Assembly: GCA_002269645.1 (NCBI GenBank)
Contig: NIVC01000910.1
Location: 74,394-133,544, forward strand
Reading direction: 5' to 3'
Length of the DNA: 59,151 nt
DNA from: Macrostomum lignano
Lineage: Eukaryota
In this document: piece after piece, positions 25,409 to 42,300 of the stretch
Numbering within the stretch: position 1 is the stretch's first letter
Layout of the letters: every line of letters begins with the position of its first letter
Notes under the pieces: generated by a model
The model's database searches: none
What the model was told of the DNA's origin: nothing
The model's input: only the letters and a program-made list of their open reading frames with translations
Made by a program: the position numbers and the translations under genes

Positions 25409-26491
25409 ATGAATAACGGCACAAGCGTTAGCAACAGCAGTGAATGCATCGGCTGTCCTTGCCATGAAATCCAGCAGGCGTGGGAAAACTACCACGCATG
25501 GTACCAGACCATCATCTGCTGCATCGGCGTCATTGCGAACGTGTTAATCCTGGCTACACTCCTGGCAGCTCGCATCAGCCATTCTTGCCACGTGTACGTG
25601 CTGGCGCTGACTCTGGCCGATCTGGTCTACTGCCTGTGCAGGCTAGCTATCTACCACTACAGCCGGCTGCCACAGGGAGTCATGGAACTGTGGCTCTGCC
25701 GAGCCCTTTTTACTGCCTACAATGTGGGCAGGGGCTTCGGCAACTGGCTCATGGTCCTGCTAGCCGCCGACCGGCTCCGCGTGGTGGCGTCGCCGCTGCG
25801 CACGCACGCCAAGGGGCGTCGAACGCAATTCGCGGTTGCCTGCACTGGCGCACTTTGCGTCACCGTGCTGGCAGTAAACTTGCCCAGATTTTTTTACACA
25901 GTGCAGTTTCGAGACGTGTACTATCAGGGCAAATGGTACATGCCCTACTGCTACCTGCTATTGACAGATCTGTCTCTCGCTCTGCGAGGCGCTGAACTGG
26001 CGCTCACCATCCACGTCCCTGTCGTGGCCAACGCCGTGATAAACATTGTGCTCTGCTACTGCATCTGGGATATGCGGAAGCGCCGCAGGCGACTCTCCCA
26101 GGTCCCTAGCTCTGTGCGCCGGTCCCGACAGGCCACTTCATCAACTGACGACGCCGAGCGCCAGCTGACTCAGATGCTCCTGGCAACCAGCATCATGCAC
26201 AGCGTCTTCTCTCTGCCCATCGCCTGCCTGGAGGCCGTAAATCTGAAGCAGGCTTTCGTGAGAACCAACGACTACTTCCTCTACCTGTGCATCAACTACG
26301 GCCTGAGCCTGTTCTATAGTTGGCAAGTGTTTATTAATTTGCCAATCTACCTGCTGTACAACACCGCGTTCAAGCAGCAGTTCCTGCGTCTTCTACTGCC
26401 CTGTTGCTTCCGCGGCGGAAACGATGGCGGCTTGCATAGCCGCAAAAATGTGCCAACAGTGGCTTCTAGCGTCAGCGAGACGAATATGTGA
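25409..26491 (+). CDS. Intronless rhodopsin-like (class A) GPCR, probably FMRFamide/sex-peptide-receptor-like peptide receptor family, 360 aa
   Basis: ATG at 25409 (the ORF track starts earlier at a TTG). Seven hydrophobic segments, N-terminal NGT/NSS sequons, TM1 GVIAN, TM2 LADL, TM3 ADRL (DRY variant), TM4 NLPRFF, TM6 FSLP, TM7 NLPIY (NPxxY variant). The family call rests on my recall of these motif variants. Confidence 0.9.
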   Translation: MNNGTSVSNSSECIGCPCHEIQQAWENYHAWYQTIICCIGVIANVLILATLLAARISHSCHVYVLALTLADLVYCLCRLAIYHYSRLPQGVMELWLCRALFTAYNVGRGFGNWLMVLLAADRLRVVASPLRTHAKGRRTQFAVACTGALCVTVLAVNLPRFFYTVQFRDVYYQGKWYMPYCYLLLTDLSLALRGAELALTIHVPVVANAVINIVLCYCIWDMRKRRRRLSQVPSSVRRSRQATSSTDDAERQLTQMLLATSIMHSVFSLPIACLEAVNLKQAFVRTNDYFLYLCINYGLSLFYSWQVFINLPIYLLYNTAFKQQFLRLLLPCCFRGGNDGGLHSRKNVPTVASSVSETNM

Positions 26492-27680
26492 CAAATATGT
26501 GACATCGAAGTGGTGTGCTAGCCGCAGTGTAGAACAGACCTAATAAATTAACTAAATAAGCTAATTAAAGCAGGTCTGAGTCTAAGTCGGGTCTGTATAT
26601 ATCTTCCATAAAGAAATCTGTGCAAAAATGTAACCATTTTTTTCGCTCTCTCTTTTAAAGTGTGAGTTTAAATACACCATGAAAGGTACGAAATTTGTTT
26701 TATTAACTTCGGTAAACGAAATAGTAAAAATAAATTAATAAGTAAGTATAAAAATCGATATGATTTGATACATCATCAAGAAATACTCTAAAACAACTCT
26801 GGAGTTTATGGCTCTTTATTTTTTCCTAGCAAAATAGTGATTCCTGAAACTGCCAGCAGACCTGCTAGCACCTGTCACTCCTGCTCTACCGAAACTGCCA
26901 GCAGACCTGCTAGCACCTGTCACTCTCTGCGACCTCCAGCTGCGAGAAACTTGTCGCTCGCTCCTGCTCACAGGCACCCCATGATCTGCTAGAAGATTTT
27001 CAGCCTTTGAGCAAGCACACTATCAATCAATTATTAACTTACAACCATATCAAATAAAAATTTAAAAGACTGAAATTTCTTCCCTTGTGTCAAGTCCTTT
27101 TCAAATGATGACTTAAATTTTCATAGTTGAGATTATAATCGTCAAAAAACTGTCAAGAAATATTTATATCAATATTTATAATTAAGATTCAGTCAATAAT
27201 TCCAACTATAAGATTCACGGACAACCATAGTAACGATGGGTGAGCAAAATTTGATTAATTTGTAATCGATAAGCGACCTGAACAATAAATGAAAACAAAT
27301 CAGATTGGGAGATTCAAGATATCAAAAATAAATTATCGAGTCAGGTAAAACACAGCTTCCAGCAAAGGCAGCTCATTGATATATAAGAGTTGGGCGCAGA
27401 AGCCAGCAAAGTCTGTCAGTATAACAATGAAAAGTTCAAAGTGCAACTTAGGAAGTTGATCAAGAATCAAGTTAACCTCAGTGTCCCTACTATGTGGCTC
27501 ACTCGTACAGATTTTGTCAGAATTCGTTTTTTTCTTGATCTTAGTTAGCTAGCTAATGTTCAAATGAGATTACTCAAGTTACTTATGAGAGGCAGCAAAC
27601 GAAGTCTGTAGTATATTGTGACAAGCGATGTCAGCTAAGCAACACAAAAATCTTTGATTCACATCCTCGCTCGTACAAAC

Positions 27681-35617
<7,937 letters not shown>

Positions 35618-36544
35618 GACCCGTTGGGGCGGCTCTGTGAACGCCTGTGGGCGGCGTGAGTGTCGCTTTTGAGGCGCGGGAGAAACCGATAATAAAACTT
35701 GGGGTGGCGTTGGCGGAGACGATGGAGAGAAAGAGAGAGAGAGCCGCCTTCGCCTATTGCAGGACTGTGTGGGGCGCACCCGGTGAGGGCTTGGAATTCT
35801 GCAGTGAGCAGAGGGTGTGCGCAGCAAACTCGGGGTCGGCACTGGCGCAGTTGAGTCGCTCAAAAAAAGATTTGCAAAGCAGAGCGAGCAAGAAATGCAT
35901 TGCTTTTTATTGTTATCGGTTGGCCCAGGCAACTACACAACGCACTGCTCAGACCCCTTAATGCTTCTATTTCTGGGCCGAAGCCTTGAGCAGTGGGGGT
36001 AGGTTTTGTATTTAATCTGTCAACCAACTAGGAGAAGGCATCGCAAGACGCAATAACCGAGTTCTTTAGCTTGCTCGCTCGCATTCAGTCTTGACTCAAA
36101 CTCACCCTCCCCTCTCTGACTCAAACCCCAAGATCATATCGCATTGTCGTGGGCTCTTTAGACATCTTATTTTTCCGGTGGCCAGATAGCGCACTGACAG
36201 GTCGAGGGAGGACTGTGGAATGGTGGGCGGCGGCTGCTTCGGTTGCCAGGTGCGCCCACAGTGCTTCTGCCTCATTTAATTGAGAATAAGCTGAAGGCAT
36301 AGATTTGAGTACCTAGCTAGGCATGCTTGGGTCAAGACAGAGCAGTGGCAAGAGATTGAGTTGGTTTTGTTCTGTAGGCATTCGCCATTTCAGATGCTTT
36401 ACCCTTTAAGCTCTCAGTTGTGCCTGCGCCGTGTCCAAAAAATTTTTGTCGAAGTGTTTTTTATCGTAGCAATGAGCAGTTTGTCTGCCAGCACTAGCAT
36501 TCAAGGTCAACTAATTATAATATAAATAATATAACTATTATCAT

Positions 36545-37000
36545 ATAACTAGCTACACAGCTTGGCATGCTGTCGGTACTGTGACACACATCGTGGCACT
36601 GAGTGTGACACTCACTAGCTACACAGCTTGGCATGCTGTCGGTACTGTGACACACATCGTGGCACTGAGTGTGACACTCACTAGCTACACAGCTTGGCAT
36701 GCTGTCGGTACTGTGACACACATCGTGGCACTGAGTGTGACACTCACTAGCTACACAGCTTGGCATGCTGTCGGTACTGTGACACACATCGTGGCACTGA
36801 GTGTGACACTCACTAGCTACGCAGCTTGGCATGCTGTCGGTACTGTGACACACATCGTGGCACTGAGTGTGACACTCACTAGCTACGCAGCTTGGCATGC
36901 TGTCGGTACTGTGACACGCATCGTGGCACTGAGTGTGACACTCACTAGCTACGCAGCTTGGCATGCTGTCGGTACTGTGACACGCATCGTGGCACTGATT
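36545..37000. repeat. 66-bp minisatellite, about 7 copies, upstream of TRPA1
   Basis: Unit CTAGCTACACAGCTTGGCATGCTGTCGGTACTGTGACACACATCGTGGCACTGAGTGTGACACTCA. Confidence 0.95.
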
Positions 37001-37325
37001 GTGACAAAAGCTTTTTAAATTTTATGTAGCAATAATTTGTGTAAAAATTTTCTGTGGAAAATCGAGTATGGGTGGATAAAAAATTTATTTAATTAGAAAA
37101 TGCATTAACAGCATCTCAGCGACTCGCCCTGGGAAACAGATTCCCCACCCGCATCGCAGAGTTTTGGTTGCTACTGGAATGTTTTGCCTGTGTTTTCTTG
37201 TTTGTTGTTGCTTTCTCTTTGCAACCCCCCTAGCAACAGATAGCTAGTTGAGAGGGAGAGGAGAAAGGGGACCGGGGAGAGAGAAGGAAGCTGAGATCGC
37301 GCCCGCCCGCCTTTGGGATAAATTG

Positions 37326-37886
37326 TCTTATATAGGCGATTTAGACACGATCTTATATAGGCGATTTAGACACGATCTTATATAGGCGATTTAGACACGA
37401 TCTTATATAGGCGATTTAGACACGATCTTATATAGGCGATTTAGACACGATCTTATATAGGTGATTTAGACACGATCTTATATAGGCGATTTAGACACGA
37501 TCTTATATAGGCGATTTAGACACGATCTTATATAGGCGATTTAGACACGATCTTATATAGGCGATTTAGACACGATCTTATATAGGCGATTTAGACACGA
37601 TCTTATATAGGCGATTTAGATACGATCTTATATAGGCGATTTAGACACGATCTTATATAGGTGATTTAGACACGATCTTATATAGGCGATTTAGACACGA
37701 TCTTATATAGGCGATTTAGACACGATCTTATATAGGTGATTTAGACACAATCTCATATAGGCGATTTAGACACGATCTTATATAGGTGATTTAGACACAA
37801 TCTTATATAGGCGATTTAGACACGACCTTATAGGCGATTTAGATACGATCTTATGTAGGTGATTTAGACGCGATCTTATATAGGCG
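37326..37886. repeat. 25-bp minisatellite, about 22 copies
   Basis: Unit TCTTATATAGGCGATTTAGACACGA, immediately 5' of the PLE fragment. Confidence 0.95.
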
Positions 37887-37929
37887 AAAATTCAGACTTT
37901 TTACCCTGAAATCTGGTAGAGATGCTCGT

Positions 37930-38147
37930 TTAATAAATAATAGAGAGAGAAATTAAAATTATCGACCGTGCTAACTCTGAATTCAAGCTCAGCATTCTTG
38001 AAGCGCTGCACATCAAAGCCCAAAATCCCAGTCTCAATGTGCAGCTGCTACATAGTGGTGCTGGCCACCTTCTTAGGGTGTTTTGAGTTTGAATAGTTTT
38101 TTTGCGCGTACATTGTGTTTTTATTTTCCGTCTGTTTGCTCTCTCTC

Positions 38148-38193
<46 letters not shown>

Positions 38194-38460
38194 TCTCTCT
38201 CTCATTATTCTCGCTTAACTCCACCCCCAGTTTTTTTGCTATGTTTTTCGTACGTTTGTTCGTATCCTCCCGTTTTCAACTTGACACTTGAGATAGTATC
38301 AATACAATCGTTTCTTATTTATATTGAGTGTTTCGTTCAATGATAAAATATACCCTGACGATGGCCCTAGTGGGTTGAAACGCGTTGGTTTTCGTCATAA
38401 ATGTTGATCTATATAAGGCTTTATTTATTTGCTATTTACAAGCCGGCTTATTTAAAACAA
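37930..38460 (+). mobile_element. 5'-truncated Penelope-like retroelement (PLE): C-terminus of GIY-YIG endonuclease plus 3' UTR
   Basis: 37952-38086 translates to IKIIDRANSEFKLSILEALHIKAQNPSLNVQLLHSGAGHLLRVF*, the typical PLE endonuclease tail (ILD..LKI.EALHI...PSLN). It is followed by a T-rich/(CT)n UTR and a hammerhead motif. Confidence 0.8.
38352..38389 (+). ncRNA. Minimal type I hammerhead ribozyme motif of the PLE
   Basis: ACC-CTGACGA-T-GGCCC(TAGT)GGGTT-GAA-ACGCGT-T-GGT. It has the core CUGANGA and GAAA, stem I ACC/GGT, stem II GGCCC/GGGTT, a palindromic ACGCGT stem III, and a GUU triplet ending at 38386. Confidence 0.7.
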
Positions 38461-38499
38461 AAATACGGGCAATGCTGGGGGCGAGACACACCACTTAAA

Positions 38500-39228
38500 C
38501 ACATCACTGAGGGCGATTTAGACACACCACTGAGGGCGATTTAGTCACACCACTGAGGGCGATTTAGTCACACCACTGAGGGCGATTTAGACACACCACT
38601 GAGGGTGATTTAGACACACCACTGAGGGCGATTTAGACACACCACTGAGGGCGATTTAGACACACCACTGAGGGCGATTTAGTCACCACTGAGGGTGATT
38701 TAGATACACCACTGAGGGCGATTTAGTCACACCACTGAGGGTGATTTAGACAGATATTGAGGCGATTTAGACACAGATATTGGGGCGATTTAGACACAGA
38801 TATTGGGGCGATTTAGACAGATATTGGGGAGATTTAGACACAGATATTGGGGCGATTTAGACACAGATATTGGGGCGATTTAGACACAGATATTGGGGCG
38901 ATTTAGACACACCACTGAGGGCGATTTAGACACCACTGAGGGCGATTTAGTCACACCACTGAGGGCGATTTAGTCACACCACTGAGGGCGATTTAGTCAC
39001 ACCACTGAGGGCGATTTAGTCACACCACTGAGGGCGATTTAGTCACACCACTGAGGGCGATTTAGTCACACCACTGAGGGCGATTTAGTCACACCACTGA
39101 GGGCGATTTAGACAGATATTGGGGCGATTTAGACACAGATATTGAGGTGATTTAGACACAGATATTAAGGAGATTTAGACACAGATATTGGGGCGATTTA
39201 GACACAGATATTGGGGCGATTTAGACAC
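38500..39228. repeat. About 23-bp two-type minisatellite in alternating blocks
   Basis: Blocks of ACTGAGGGCGATTTAGACACACC alternate with blocks of ATATTGGGGCGATTTAGACACAG. Confidence 0.95.
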
Positions 39229-39395
39229 TACATCAAGGTTGATAAAGACTGATTAAATATATTAAGCTTGGCACATTAAGAAAAAGAACTAGCATACTTC
39301 GGTGCAAGAATTTACGCATCATACTACTTGATACGTTGCTAACAAGCATTCTGGGTTAAGCGTGACATAAAGTATGGAAACAGTAAGCATTAAAT

Positions 39396-42300
39396 TTATG
39401 TATAATATTCATGAGATATGAGCAGCCAGACTACTATATGCTTGGCAATCAAGCAGGTCACCGTCCAGCAGCTCAGCACAGCAGCAGCGCTCGATACAGC
39501 TCCACCTGTTGCGGTCCCAGCAGAATCTGAGTTCCTAGCCATGGCAGTCTTCTGAGCAGGGATCAGAAATGAGTACGCGGTGTTTACTACTTTTGACAGC
39601 ATAGAACTGGTTTTATAATTTACTAACTATGGAGCTTGACTTGCTTGTCGTGTCCGAGGTAGTGGGCCGCATCGCTCGGACAGCGCCGGTTCGGACAGCT
39701 GCGTCAGCGGCCCGGCCAGGCGGGCGGCCGCGGAGCCGCACAGTCGGTTGGCGGAGGCTTCGACGCAGTCGAGAAGGCGGTGATAGTGACTGCGAAGGGT
39801 TAGGGTTAGGGTTGGGGTTAGGGTTGGGTTAGGGTTGGGTTAGGGTTGGGTTAGGGTTGGGTTAGGGTTGGGTTAGGGTTGGGTTAGGGTTGGGTTAGTG
39901 CTGGGGTCTACTACTAACTAGTCAAGAGTCTATTAGTGGCAGACTCGTTCTCAGGGAGATGTGCATGGTCCTAACCGGCCTTCCTCAGACTTAACTCGTT
40001 GAAAACCTGTTGCTTTTCCACCCGTCCTTCTGTGGCATGGGAGAGGAGACCTCGGAGCATCACGTCACCTTCTGTCCTTAATAAGGCGCGACATAAACAA
40101 CGGATGGACGAGCTGACCACCCCGGACAACAACCGTGACCTTTGTGCTTTGAAGGCCCAAAAAGTAAACTTTTTAAAGATTTTCATTCGAATCATTTGTC
40201 GACTATCAGGGCTCTGTGGCTACTTTAGCTAGTGACTCACACCTGTCACTCCTGACTAAAGCTAATTGCGGGAAAGCCTCTGAAAATTGACTCCCAGACG
40301 CGGATGCAAAAATATAATTGGGCTTGCATAGTTGAAATATTTTTGCTTGGTTCGTGTAGTTTTGAGGACCCAGTAAGATTTCCGGCTGCGCTTCCGGAGC
40401 TTCCAGAAATTCCAGAGCGCTCACTCGGGCTCGGCTTACCTGCACAGGTGGCCAGACCAGACTGGCGCCCTGCTGCTGTAGCAGGATTGGACTAGCTGGG
40501 GCCCCGCTGATCGGTAGCACAGGAACACCACCGGGTAGTCTGCGGGGAGGGGGGTTGGAGGAATAGTGATGACGAAGCCACGCTTAGCTGTGCAGTCTCA
40601 TTTGGTGAGTGAGTCAGCTGCTTCTTCAGAGACTTTGTTAAGCGTCTAGCATTTGTGCGAGCTTGCTAGGGCGCTTGTTGCTACTGCCCAGTAACCCGGT
40701 AAACCTCATTTTTGAATCCTGATCCCGAATCCCGATCCCGAATCTCGAATCCCAATCCCGAATCCCGATCCCGACTCTGAATCCCGACTCTGAATCCCGA
40801 TCCCGATCTCGAATTCCAAATCCCATCCCAAAAATATCGAATCCCAAATCCCGATCCCGAATCCAAATCCCAAATCCCGAATTCCGACTCCTGAATCCCG
40901 ATCCCGATCTCGAATTCCAAATCCCGATCCCAAATCCCGAATCCCGATCCCGATCCCGATCCCGAATCCCAAATCCCAAATCCCGATCCCGATCCCGAAT
41001 CCCGAATCCCGAATCCCGATCCCGATCCCGAATCCCGAATCCCGAATCCCGATCCCGATCCCGAATCCCCATCCCGATCCCAAATCCCCATCTCGATCTC
41101 GAATCCCAATTCCAATCCCGAATCCCGAATCCCGATCCCGAATCCTAAATCCCAAATCCCCATCCCGATCCCGAATCCCGAATCCCGAATCCCGATCCCG
41201 ATCCCGAATCCCGATCCCGATCCCGATCCCGATCCCGAATCCTGAGTCAATTGTTGAATTGTAGTTAAACGCACAGAAGCAGCTGTCGCTCACCCCACAA
41301 GCTCTCGTCCAGACAGAGTCGACGCAAAACAGTAAAAAAGGGACCGACAAGCTTTTCAGAGGCTTCAAAATCGCCGTCGATTGAAGCTCTGCGGCACAGG
41401 CCGCCCGCCATCGCGTCGCAATTCTCAAACTGCTGGGTGAGCCTTTAAAATTCGGAAAATAGCTGCTTTTAGGGCAGCTTTCGTCATTTTGACGTGGTTG
41501 TTGTGTATTGGCGGTGGGTGTTGTGTTTTGGGGTGGTTGCTGTTTATTGGGGAGGCTGTTGTGTTTAGGGTGGTTGTTGTGTATTGGGGGTGGGTGTTGT
41601 GTTTTGGGGTGGTTGCTGTTTATTGGGGAGGCTGTTGTGTTTAGGGTGGTTGTTGTGTTTTGGGGTGGGTGTTGTGTTTTGGGGTGGGTGTTGTGTTTTG
41701 GGGTGGTTGCTGTTTATTGGGGAGGCTGTTGTGTTTGGGGTGGGTGTTGTGTTTTGGGGTAGGCATCGTGTTTTGGGATGGGTATTGTGTTTTGGGGTGG
41801 GTATTGTGTTTGGGGTGGGTGTTGTGTTTTGGGGTGGTTGCTGTGTTTTGGGGTGGGTGTTGTGTTTTGGGGAGGCTGTTGTGTTTGGGGTGGTTGCTGT
41901 GTTTTGGGGTGGGTGTTGTGTTTTGGGGTGGTTGCTGTTTATTGGGGAGGCTGTTGTGTTTGGGGTGGTTGCTGTGTTTTGGGGTGGGTGTTGTGTTTTG
42001 GGGAGGCTGTTGTTTTTGGGGTGGGCGTTGTGTTTTGGGGTGGGTGTTGTGTTTTGGGGTGGTTGCTGTTTATTGGGGAGGCTGTTGTGTTTGGGGTGGG
42101 TGTTGTGTTTTGGGGTAGGCATCGTGTTTTGGGATGGGTATTGTGTTTTGGGGGTGGGTATTGTGTTTGGGGTGGGTGTTGTGTTTTGGGGTGGTTGCTG
42201 TGTTTTGGGGTGGGTGTTGTGTTTTGGGGAGGCTGTTGTGTTTGGGGTGGTTGCTGTGTTTTGGGGTGGGTGTTGTGTTTTGGGGTGGTTGCTGTTTATT

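Noticed and set aside
37326-39228. CRISPR-like appearance (constant core plus spacer)
   Set aside because: Spacers are 9-11 bp and repeated rather than unique, there are no cas genes, and the context is eukaryotic.
40246-41442. SEFIR/IL-17-receptor-like reading of exons 41442-41294 and 40539-40440, with a terminal exon at 40279-40246
   Set aside because: The Cys spacing and intron phases fit much better with the two-repeat Cys-rich gene that continues to 39789.
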